Source: Antedon mediterranea
Lineage: Eukaryota; Animalia; Echinodermata
Reading direction: 5' to 3'
Assembly (NCBI RefSeq): GCF_964355755.1
Contig: NC_092680.1
Span: forward strand, 13,835,045-13,899,044
DNA: 64,000 nt
The translations under genes were made by a program, and so were the position numbers. Positions 35,959 through 48,300 of the stretch are shown in pieces. Each line of letters begins with the position of its first letter. Positions within the stretch are counted from its first letter, which is position 1. Under the pieces are notes generated by a model. The model had not been told where the DNA came from, did not search any database, and saw only the letters and a program-made list of their open reading frames with translations.

Positions 35959-36330
35959 TTTGGTAAGTTCTTCACCACCTTTTTCAATAATTTCAAAACA
36001 GTTAATATTTCATACACAGTATGTGATAAAATTAATATAGTAAAATTGGATTTGAAAAATAGTAATTACTTTCATATTTATTAGCAGAATGAAAAATCTT
36101 TCTTTAAAAAAAATAGATAAAATAACCGAAAACTGAAAATTAATTATTAGAGGAAGTCTCAACCACTCGACTTTTTCTTACAACTTTTAACCCGCGTCGA
36201 TCGTCGACGCCGCTCTCTGCATGCTGTGTCGTGTGTGAAGACATTTGTATTGTTTCTAAACAGACACGCTAGGATATGTTGAAGTTTTGATTTTATAAAA
36301 AATAAGTTGAGTTGTTTTATTCTAAAGAAA
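35959..36330. promoter_or_regulatory. Bidirectional promoter region shared by SDHAF4 and NCBP1
   Basis: 372 bp separate the divergent ATGs; CpG-containing patch at ~36190-36235; YY1-like CAAAATGGC at the SDHAF4 start. Confidence 0.7.
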
Positions 36331-39300
36331 ATGTCTGCTAAAAGAAGAAAGTATAGTGGGGATGATGGTGACGCTGGTAAGTAAATTTATAAAAATCAGT
36401 CATCTGATTTACCAGATGGTTAGCCTCTAGGCCTAGGCCTAGGCCTAGCCTACTACTAGGCTAGGCCTAGCTAGAGTAGGCCCCTCGGTCGGCCTAGTAG
36501 TAGTAGGCCTAGCCTAGCCTTAGGTAGCCTAGATAGTAAGAGAGGTTAGGCTAAGGGTGGCCTAGGCGCTACGCCTAAGCCTAGCCTGGCTAGGGTGGTA
36601 GAGGTAGTGGGACGATTAAACCCGGGACGATTCGGCACTGAAACAGTTCCAGGACGATTTGGCCCTGAGACGATTCAGCCCGGGACTATTCGGCCCACGT
36701 TTGGTGGGACGATTCGGCTCACTTTTGTTTTGGGCCAACATCCCAAATAAATGACCAAATTCATATTCATTTTTTTTAGTATTTATCAAGTTTTTAAAGG
36801 TATGGATACCGCATGGAGGTATAAAAATAGAAGGAGAGAGCTCCCAAGATAAGCCTTTGTAGTACTGTAGTCCGCCGCCTCATAAAATTAATTGATGTCC
36901 TCCATATAGCACAGCCTGTTACGTATATGTTTTAATCCCGTCCTTCAGTCTGCATAATGCGGTCACTTCCGGCGTAGTCGCTTCCGGGTCGCGTTCTGTG
37001 TCGTTGCGCATGCTCTGCCGATCAACGTGCTATTGTTTAATGCTAAGAGATGCGTAAAATGGCTGCTTACAGCATGGATGATTTTTATATTGGCGGAGAT
37101 CTCAGCAATTTAAGCGATTTTGAAGAACTTCTAGATAACATAGAAGATACAGAAAATAATGATGATGATGATGATGATGTTTGTATTTGTGGGCAATTAG
37201 GCACAATGGAAATGATCCTGTGTGAAAATACATCGTGTTCTGTCAAGTGGTTCCATTATGAGTGTGTTTCTCTCACAAAGAAAACCATACCGAAAGGCAA
37301 GTGGTATTGCAAAAACTGTACGGAAGGTAAGGTACTTGCGAATATTAAGTATACCTGGGTGGTTGTTGATAAAACAGACCACCAAGTTACTATAGTAGCT
37401 AGGAATTATTAACCCCATTGACTTATGAAAAGGCCCAGGAATATACTGTAACTTTTATTATTAACACTGGGCTAGCTAGGCCTAGCTGGTGGACTACAAA
37501 CTGGCGGAGTAGCGTCAGCTAGGCAAGACAGTACGAGAGGCCAATAGTACAAATCAAGTGATATTATTTTCAAAATTACAGGTAAAGAAGTATGTACTAA
37601 AGAGAAAAATAAAGGAAAAAAATCAAAAGAAAAGACAGAAGAAACTGGGCACAAGAAAACTGATCTTACAAAAAAAACCAAAAAACAAAAAAAAGGTATT
37701 GTCGTGTACTACTACTATGCCATGGACAAGACAATTATAATTACAGTTGTTTTTTTTATTTATAGAAAACATATATTATTTTTATCTTGTTTTTAATTGA
37801 AACTAATTAAAATCTCTCATTTTATTGTTTAGTCTTGCGTCCCCCATCCTGCTTCCTTAAAGACATGGCACTCGGCAAGGCAGTGGATTTTGTCATTACG
37901 ACACTTAAAGACATACCAAATAAGCCAATTTACAAGCTGCAATTGCAAAATACAAAGGAGATAAGACGTATAGCTTCTATACTATTTGAAAAACAGGGAG
38001 ATACAAAATTTAAGCGTTTCAGTGAAACGACTATAGGAAAGCTGTGGAACTGCATCGAGTTCAGCCGCACAAAGTATTTATCAGTAGAAGCAGACAATGA
38101 AATGTGGCGCTCTTTTCATTTTGTGAAAATTAGTACAATCGATTCCTGGCATGTATTACTTGCAGAAATGGAAATCCAATTTACAACCATACCAGCTAAT
38201 ATTTTATACCAAGAGCTTCTTTTAGATCTCATGAAATTACTTATATCGGAAAGTAACAGGGTCAACAACACCAGTGATGATGTTGCTGCAAGTCCTATAA
38301 TTTTGACAAAAGATGAAGAGGAAATTTTGAGGTACCTTGCCGGGTATATTCCACATGCACTATTGAAACGCTACAGAAAATTACCAAACAATATTACAGC
38401 ATCAGCTTTTACAACAGAATTATTAATGTGGAAAGAGCAGAAAGAAATTGAGTCAACTTCATTTTATGCATACACTCATGCTTGGATCAGTAAACAGAAT
38501 CGTGGTGGACTGTTTCAAGTAAACGACAAAGTGTTCCTACTATTTCGAGAACTGGAGGTTGTGTTCCAAGAACATGTTACAGGAAAGACTTTGTCCCAAA
38601 TGAAAGGTGTAAATTTGAATAATCTATTAATGGGCAAACTACAGCAGAACAGAAAAGTTGATAGATGTTGGTGTGCAGTTATTAATGGAAGATTGCAAGA
38701 AAGACTATCTTTAGAATTGCAACAAAAAGTATATAGGTACTGGATAAAGATTAGGAGTAAAGCTTTTGTTAAAGTCTATCTAGACCTACAGAAAAAGAAA
38801 GATGCATCATCAGTATCTGGCAAATGTGAAAAAGCACTTCGTAAAACATTGCATAAAAACTAGTACTGTATTTATTTAGAACCTTTGATCAAAGTGGTAA
38901 TAAACATTACACATTTATAATATTCTGTATACCCCATAACATCAATACCAGCCTACTCCAGAGTTACTGCAATTTTTTTTTGTATAATCATATAAAGTAA
39001 TTAAAAATAAAAAGTTCAATAAATAAATAGTAATGCGATTCATTTCTGTCCTTTGTGTAGTGGCGTTGAATCTAAATAGTTATTACTACTTGTTGATGAT
39101 TTGCAGTTGGCCTTTTTGGAGGCACGTACACAATTACCAGCAACATGAAGTACCATCATGTTGTGGCCAAACTGTTCAATAGTTGGATTATCGTATGATC
39201 GACCTACTCCTCTCTGTTTGCTGAAATACTCTTCAAGTGGGTCTTGATTGAGTTTTTCGCTTAAGATGTACTTTGCCCCGGAACACAGCAACTGCCGACT

Positions 39301-42300
39301 CAGTTGGACAAATGAACGAACTAGAAGATAACAATTTATTGTAACATGATTATATATTAATTTATAAGACAAGATCTGATAACATTTTACTTATGCAATC
39401 ACAATCATGATTAGCTGTTTTTATGAAACTCACCTGTCATGCGTATACCATAAACAGTCGCATCGCTAAGACACATCTTCTTCTTTTGTGCATTTGATAC
39501 ATATGGCAGCGTTCTTACTTCCTCTTCCCATTCATCAAAGAATGAAAGAAATTCCCCCTCGAGCCACTAAATAAATAGAGTTTTTATAGACAAAACAGGT
39601 TACATTATACCACATAATCATGCTGTAGGTTGGTCAATTTGATTCAATATCCCTTGAAAATAACTTACCTCAAATCTCCAATCATCAACGGATGTATATG
39701 GTACAAGAGTTGGCTTAACACTTTTGGTAGGGTTCCATGGCTTAGAAACATTCAAGCAGTCAAAAAACCGATCAAGGAAGCGTACAAATTTTTGTGTTGA
39801 TTTTGTGTCAGTTCTGCCCTGTGCTTCTAAAGCATTAGCTACTGATGTACTCAAAACCTGTTAAAATTACAATAAAATAAGGATATGTTGACATAAAGAT
39901 TTCCAACCAGAACCGCATTTTTCCAGATTGACAGTTGTAGAAAGTTACTGTACCTGTACTGCCATGTGCACTTTCATTCGATGAGAAGAAGACAGGTGTA
40001 GATGCTCATAAGTAATTTTGTTTAACCGCCTTAGTCCAATACTATTCCGCTTGTCTAATCCTGTGTCCCATTCATACAGTTTTAGTAGCTGCGTCCATGT
40101 AATATCCTGTTTGTTAAACTGAGAGGTAAAATTGTAATGTATTAATCAATTGTTCATTTGTGAGTTCTATCTATATTTTGATTATGTCTGGTCAATCCTG
40201 ATTGTCAAATAATAATTTAATAATAACAGGTTGTTATTAATTAATTTTTTTTGGAGTAAAAACACTTACATGTAGATTTCTTGTCTTGTTATGATAGTTG
40301 GAGTTCTCCCAATTATTTCTAGCCGTTTTCATCAGATGTGGTGCATCACTGATAAAAAACAGTCGTCGGTGAGGATCAACAGGATGTGTTGTATAGAAAG
40401 TCACTCCATCAGTGCATACTTCAGTGCTTGAATGCAAAGTGAAGAACTTTCTATTTGGAGCGGCTCCATCACAAACAAATGCTTGGACACGTAATCCCAA
40501 TGCTTCCAATACATTAACTGCTTCACTTATGATGGGATACAAGGACCTACTACCAATACCTTCTGTTGGGTAATAGGATATTGGTGTAAGCAGTGACCCA
40601 CAAATGCTTCTCGCCATTAACACCAAAACATGTGTGGCTAGACTAGCATCATTGCTGCCATTGCAACGTGCCTCAAAGTCTGCAATGTCATTCGATATGT
40701 CCCCAACATCTGTGTAGCCAACTAGCTGTCCGCTTCCAACATTGAACACTAGACCGGACTTCACCTTCATCTCATCAAATAATATCGAAACATCACGTTC
40801 ATAATCAGAGATTTGCTCAATCCGCAAGTCACTAAATACTCTATTTAAAAATTCATCACTGATCCCAGCGATAGGTGTTGCAAAGTGGGTGTATTTTTTT
40901 AATGTTTTTAAATGTGGTAATTTCAAAAAACCACTGTCTCTTAGCAACTCATAACCAGATGTGGATTTTGAACTTAATGCAATACACCACCGAATTATTG
41001 CTGGATGCCAACGCATTTGTTTGTTTTTTTCATAAGCCTCTTTTTGTTGTTTCCACAACAACTGAGCTGCTGGTTTATCTTCCAGTAGTTTTTCAGCAGA
41101 TTGAAAGCGAGTTAATGTCTCACCTAGCAACTTGGCCTGAGTTTCTGTGATTGCGGTCGCCTCCTTACTGATGACATCACATATTTTGTCTTGTAGAAGA
41201 TTGCTTCGCCTTTTCAGACTTTTGTTTTGCTGTTTTAACAGATGTGCCTTGCGACTAAGTTCGCACTTTGATAGGAGATCATTTCTTACAGATGATGACA
41301 ATACATCACTAACACTGGAACTTGCTCTTTGTTTGTTAACCAAAGACATCAAATCACTGCGATGCACTTTACAAGGAAAGCAACGGCCCTCACTTTCAAT
41401 CAATACATGACAATTTATATGCCTTGTATTAGTCTTGCTTACCAAATCTATGTCTGTGTTTCCAGCACAATAGGTCATATTTGACACAGCGCATATCAAC
41501 TTAACAATATCTTCAGAATTCAAATTCTTGCCAAAGCTCTGAAGATGACCCTTCTTACTCACTGGCTTTTCATAGGCGTATACTTCCCAACAACCCTCAT
41601 CACTTACAGAAATACATTTGCTAGCTTGACCGCACTTATTGACAATTGCAAAAACATGGAAATTCTCATCAATACAACTACCAAACCCAAGTTTTGCTGC
41701 ATACATTTGGACTTCACTCCAGTTGATTTTTAACTCTGGGCTGCCATTATCTTTAAACTCGGCAAGCTGAATGTTTAATAAAACCTTTTTGTTCCGCTTG
41801 GCTTTATCCCACCACCTTCTTAAAGATCGAACACAAATCTCACATATGAATTCTGGAAAACAATCATTGTCATCACTGATGTCAATATTGAAAGCACGTT
41901 GAATTTGCAATTGAAATCTACCTTTCTTGTAGGCATCGGTTTGTGTTACTCTGCTAACACCACAAAGCCTGCAACAATTATTCATATCTTTTTCTTTCTG
42001 TTTCCTAAGTCAAAAAGAAAAATAATTAATTAAATTACTGTACTGAATGTATGCATATTTAATAATATAAAACTGCATGAATAAGTTAATGTATGCCTGG
42101 CCATACATTATAATCATTATATTAGACCTATGAGTATTTAAACATTTAATAATATTACATTATTATTAATAATATTAAGCTATTTTATATGCCTAGCCTA
42201 AATAAATTTTAAAACAAATCATAAATTTAATTGCCTGGTCCTAATTAATGATAATAAAATAAGTCTGTGTACTGTGTAGGCCTAACTACCTGGGAATATG

Positions 42301-45300
42301 ATATAGCCTAGACTATGCTTATAAATAATAATTAATAATATAGGCCTAGCCTTAGTAGAGTAGCCTAGCTACTAAGCTAGCCTGTCTCTTTTATTAGTAG
42401 TGAAACTAGGCCTCTAAAGAGAGAATAGTAATAGTATAATAAATTCTAGGCATATAGTTAGGGCCTAGCCTAGATTTTATATTCATTATGCTACCCCGAC
42501 CCTAGCCTAAAAACCTAAATATGCTAGGCCTAATCACTGTTTTGTAATCGAATACCCCCACATTCATTCTTAACAAACCCGCGAAAAAGCCTTCTTTATT
42601 TTCGTCAATATCTTTGGACGGTCATCGTTGGCAGCCCAGCGACTAACGTAAAAGTATAAAGCAATAACCATACCTTATTCACACAAAATGACAGCTGTCT
42701 GACGGCGTATATTAATATTTTATCGTAAAAATATATATTGCATAAACAGCAATAAAATATCAATGATAATTATAATAGAAACTTGATAAAATTCGCTTAA
42801 AATGTCGTACGTAATCGTGTTTGGTATCAATATTTAGGTAATTTTAAGCGGGAAACGAAAATGTTGATTGCGCAATAATTATATCACAAACAATAGCACT
42901 GCGCATGCCAAAAGTATATGTGTTTGTTTGTGTTTATTCGAGGCTCTGACCTCCTCTACAATAGAGGGCTGAACTAGAGCGGCGGCTAACCTTGGTGAGA
43001 AAGGGCTTCCTGCTACCGCCGCGGGCTGTCGGTACAAGGCTTCGGCTTTGAAAATATCATATCGCACATCCTGTTAATTGGATTAAGCAGATTACATACA
43101 TTCGAGCTCTCTCCTTCTATTTTTATACCTCCATGGATACCGAGAGCTGACTCCATTTTCATTACCACGATTAAACAGAGCGCACGTTACTATGCGCGCA
43201 ATGTCAATGTCAATGTGTTTTTCTACTTTGGTAAACACTTTTTATTAGTTTGGGCCTAGGTCATTATTCTGAAAATAAATTAATTATGAAAATATCCTTT
43301 TGAGTGAATATTTATTTACCTTCGAGGCTCACTCACTCCATGGTTCTGGTGGTAGAACGAGTCTTCTCGGATTAGGACTAAAACCGTAGGTCCAGTGTAC
43401 ACATCTAGCTCGTGTGCACTTTAAAGAACCTAGTACATCTTTCGAGACGAGTAGGGGGTTACCCCGGTGTATTAGTACATCACAGCCACTGATCACCAAC
43501 TGGGCCCTCTGGGAGACCAGCCTTTGACTGAAGAGGTTACCCAGTATAAATATAAACTTCAATTCAATTCAATTCAACCTATTATTCTATAAGATCAAGT
43601 ATTTTTTATTTCCATTTCATTCAACCAAACATGAGAATATAGCCTAGTGGTTAAAAGATCATCATCGTCTAGCGAAACCATCGGAAGGCTGAATGACCTA
43701 CCATTTTCAACCTTGTTTTTGTAGTTGAGACTCTTATGACCTAAAAATGTTTTTCTTCCTACACCAAGATAATATAGTTCCACATACCATGTGCTTGTTT
43801 TAAGTGCTAAAAAAACCGGTTTTATCCCGATATGAGGCCTTTATGATTCGAATATTTCATAGTAACAACCAATATACCATGAAAAATAATTTTTGGAAAA
43901 TTCCAAGGGGCTCAACTACAAAAACGCCATTTTGTGGTATGATGTCATCGTAAGCCAATCAAACCTCCGCTTTCGACCGCTTCGCAGGGCTCACGCTTGA
44001 ACAATTTTGGATTCCCGCCCTTTGATTGGTTGACGCGAATCAACACACAGCGGAGAAATTTTCCCGCGAGTGCCGTGAAGTCACGTGGGCTCAGGTCTGT
44101 CCAATTACACCGGAAAATAATGCATTGAAATTCTTCGAATGAGGTTAAAATATAGTCATTTACCGGTATATATTTTAATTAATTGTATTTGTGGATTTTA
44201 ACATCGAAATCAATCATCTTTGTATATACAATGTAAACTATATCAAGTTATGGTACCTGTTTTTAACAATGTATCATAAATTAGCGAAAAAACATGTTTA
44301 ACCGATTCACCACGATAAGTGCTTAAAGCGCTCATGAGGTTAAAAGTCAAGGTCATTGTAAACAAATTATCAACAAATAAAAAGTAAATCGAATTTACAT
44401 GTGCAGTGTGATGTGCATGATTCGTGACAATAAATTATACAAAATACTCACAACAACAGTACAGTACAGTTTTGTTCCTCTCACTGATGCCAGTCGCATC
44501 CAAGAGGCAGTCTTCTCTATCATCCGAATATATGCTTGGTCCGACTGTTAAGGGTTTCCTTGACTGGGTTAGCTTTTTAGCTTGACTAGGATCGCACTGG
44601 AGGAGATTGCTTAATTTAATCCAGGGGTCACGATAGTATGGTTTTCGGGCTTGTGCAAAGAGCATTCGTTTTGTTAATGAGTTACTTGGTTCTTGACAGA
44701 TATAGGCTATGTACTTCAGGTAGTGAAAATATGCTTCTAAATATATAAAAACAATTGTTGAAGTTATGGGCATGAAATATTTTTCAAACTCTGCGCAAAG
44801 GTCAGTTTGTTGAAGTATAACTTTTGATAAACATTTTGATACCAAACTTGTTTTGGTTTCATAAGTTTCCGATGCATTTTCATCTAATTTTCTGCAAGCT
44901 ACACATCTAAAATAGCGGACTAAGGCTATGTTTAGACCCATGGCGTTAGACCGTTTTACCGTACATTGTTACGGGCAAGGTAATCGAATAAAATCAATCA
45001 ATATTATACGTCTTATTTTATTGAATTTTAAATATTTCCCCTGCCTACAGTACTGTCTCATCTTCTGATGATTGAATATGATAGTAATAAGTTATTTATA
45101 TAAAGTAATTGATGTAATTTTATTTATCGATAGGGCCATTTAGTAAACGAAGGAAATCTGTCCATGATGAAATTGAAGAAAGACTTGAATCGCTCATCAC
45201 AAGGGTTGGCGAGAAGGTAAAAATAGTTTTTTCTTAAAGTATTTGATATCAATAAATTTAATATTTAATTTGTGAATTGTACTAAAGCTATTTATTATTG

Positions 45301-48300
45301 AAAAAAAAATGTTGGTTTATGACAGCCAAAAGGCATCAGTCGTTGCAGGGTTCGTACGCAACCTTAAATTCCGTAAAAGTCATGGAAAAATAAATTACTT
45401 TTTTAAGTACTGGAAAGTCCTTGAAATTTGTCCTTGAATGTCCTAAAAATTGTTAACTACAGAAATGTAATATGAATTCTTTGTAATAATGTTTTAAAAA
45501 CACTGAATAAGTGTTGCTTAATTTTGTTGAATGACACCCCATAGATGGCCGGAATGATACTCGTGCATGTAAAATTTGCTGGAAATGATACTTCATTGCG
45601 AACAGCAAAACGATCGTTGCCACCTCTGTCCGTGATTGACGATGATCAGGCCCATCAGCGCAACTGTGTGGACGTTTGGGCCCAACTATGTGGATGATCG
45701 GGGCCCATTCTAAAAATAAAGGAAAGCCGATTGGTCCACGAAAATGAAGTGGATTTATAATTTGTCCACCATAAATTATTTTTGGGTAGGGTATGATCAA
45801 AAATAAAATATGGGTCTCATAATTTCATCTATATAACATAATACAGTGTACTCTGTAAATATTGTTAAACTTTAATATCAGTAAATAGGTACAATTAGCA
45901 CTGTAAACATATTTAATTCATGTCATAGGATGGCATAATAATTTTCACTGTTCACATTTTATGTGGATTTTGCGCTTCAGCGGATAACCCGAACTCGTCA
46001 CGGTGACAAGTTTAAATCTTTAAAAATAAACTGAATGTTTTGTGCTAATTATTACCCATGCTTGCATGTCCCTATCAACAAGGGTGTTGCTGCTTACATA
46101 AACCATGTCCCAACAAGAGGAGTATCGCTATTTACATAAACCATGTTCAAACAAGAGGAGTGTTGCTGCTTGCAAAATCTGCTGTAGTTAGCAGCAATTA
46201 ATAACAGCTTTGTTTCAGATTAAGAAGTTATTAAACAAATCGCTATAACAGTATTATAACAATGATAAATTCTTTCATGCTACACATTCAGTATATATTA
46301 CATTTACTAACTATTACATTGAAACAGAGTACATCTTCATTGGAGAGTAACTTAGAAGGTCTCGCTGGTGTTCTAGAAGCTGACGTACCAAACTACAAGA
46401 ACAAAATCATTGATATATTATCTGTTTGGTTAGTACTTTATATCTTTAGTAGAAACTAAATGTAAGGCTATACAATAATATGAAGAATGACATTTACTGC
46501 TTTAAAAATGCCTACATATGATATGTATGCACATGCCTTTGCCAACAAGTTACTGTGATGAAAGTATTGGTCTAGTAACCCTAATCAATCTGCTGTTAAT
46601 TAAAAATTACACAGAACTTTTCCGACGAAGTATCTTCGTAGATAGAACGTAGGGTACGTTGTTGGCTTCGTAGGTTACATTATTTGGCTTCGTAACCTCA
46701 ATAAACAACTATCAATGAACAACGTTCTAAACTTCGTAAGGAGTTTGTAACCTTAATTAAACAACCCTACGATGTCCTTTGAGAAGTAACATGGTGTGAA
46801 AATTAATGTCTTAATTTTGACTGGTGGAGGACCAAGTTTTAAATAATACCAAAAAATATGCACCTTTGCGTAAAAAATGTGGCTTACCTTTAGGTGACCA
46901 TTACGCATCCATGAGGCCAGATTTGCATTGTATGGTGGGAATTGACCCTAGATACCATTTACCAGCTTTGTATCTTAATTTTAAACAATTAATTTTGAAC
47001 AATTTGACACCAAAATTATCTCACTATGTCCAGTATTTCCATGATATAGCATGTTTGTATGGAAATAGCAGCCATTTTGTTGATGCTAATTATGCAAATT
47101 GCTCGATGCTGACAGCCATCCAGAGTAAAAAAATCTTCATTTTGATGGTATCTAGAATCTTAATCCATAAAAAAAAACTATAAAAAAACATTGCAAGGTT
47201 ATGGAAAAAATAGGCATTTGGCTGCTGGACTAAATACTGAACTGTATATTGTGTGTTTTGTTTGTAATTTTGATCTTTTATTGCAGTGCATCAGATTTAC
47301 CAGAGAAGGTTACAGTTTATACTACTCTTGTTGGCCTGCTAAATACAAAGAACTACAACTGTGGTAGAGAGGTAACAGTATTAAGTTGCTAGATACAAAT
47401 ATCAATTAGTAATTACTGTATAAATATGTTCACAATTTTACATTTTTTAAAACTATTTTGCGACCTTTTAGTTTCTCGATTTTGAGTTACTTGTGTAATT
47501 GGATGAACCAAATTGGCAAATGTATTTCGCCTCCGCAATAAACGTAAAAAAATGACCACGATTGTCTTTGGCACAATTGTCTGTTCACCCCCACAAGCTA
47601 GGCTTACGCAAGTAATTTCCTGTATGGACACATTACAACTTATATGATTTAATGGACAAAGGATTCGTCAAGCAAGTACACTATACATTTCAAAAAAAAT
47701 TGTGAAGAGGAATTTCATCATTGTTTTGGGCGAGACAGCGCAGGCTGAGTAGGGCCTAGCTAGCATTTTCGTTCGGTTGCAATTTCTTTTAATGTTTTAA
47801 TTACACTTGAACAAATAATAATCGGTTTCGTAAATTTTTCAAAGAATACACAATTTAGAAGTTAATTGTAACTATTTTTTTTCCATTTTTTCCATATTTA
47901 GGCTAGGGCCTAGGCCTGGCCAACTAAGCCTAGGCTAGGCCTGATCGACTGTAAAAAACATCTTTGGAAATTATTTTCACAATCTTGTTGTTTGTTGTTA
48001 AATTGTAAAAAAATAACACTGTTTATGTAATAAATTACTAAAAATGATGACGTCATTAGTCATTTTATGCGTACGTAAAATCAGGATACGTAAAACGGAG
48101 ATTCTACTTTATATTATTTATTTACTACAGTATTAAGTGTTTTTTATTTTTGCTCTTTGTTAGTTTGTAGAAAATTTGTTACGAAAACTGAAAGAAACTC
48201 TAAAAAATAGTGATTGGATTCGAGCTCATACCATAACACGTTTCATGGGTGATCTTGTCAACTGCCACGTGGTCGATCATGCGTCCATTATTGGTATGTA

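Larger units (their letters stand above)
36812..43135. mobile_element. Autonomous-looking P-superfamily DNA transposon, 6,324 bp, two convergent genes, in NCBP1 intron 1
   Basis: Perfect 32-bp TIR CATGGAGGTATAAAAATAGAAGGAGAGAGCTC (36812-36843 / 43104-43135), CATG ends, 7-bp TSD GATACCG (36805-36811 / 43136-43142). Confidence 0.95.

Noticed and set aside
36421-36600. CCTAGG/TAGGCC-rich palindromic tract (also ~35700-35820, ~42300-42530, ~47900)
   Set aside because: Low-complexity motif recurring through the window; no evidence for a discrete element.
42540-42760. Upstream coding (THAP) exon of the P transposase
   Set aside because: Candidate donors at 42673 and 42555 give an in-frame stop or only a 3-codon leader; no THAP motif seen.
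44435-44941. 168-aa minus-strand ORF
   Set aside because: No recognisable domain; it lies in NCBP1 intron 1 and is probably a decayed retroelement or chance ORF.
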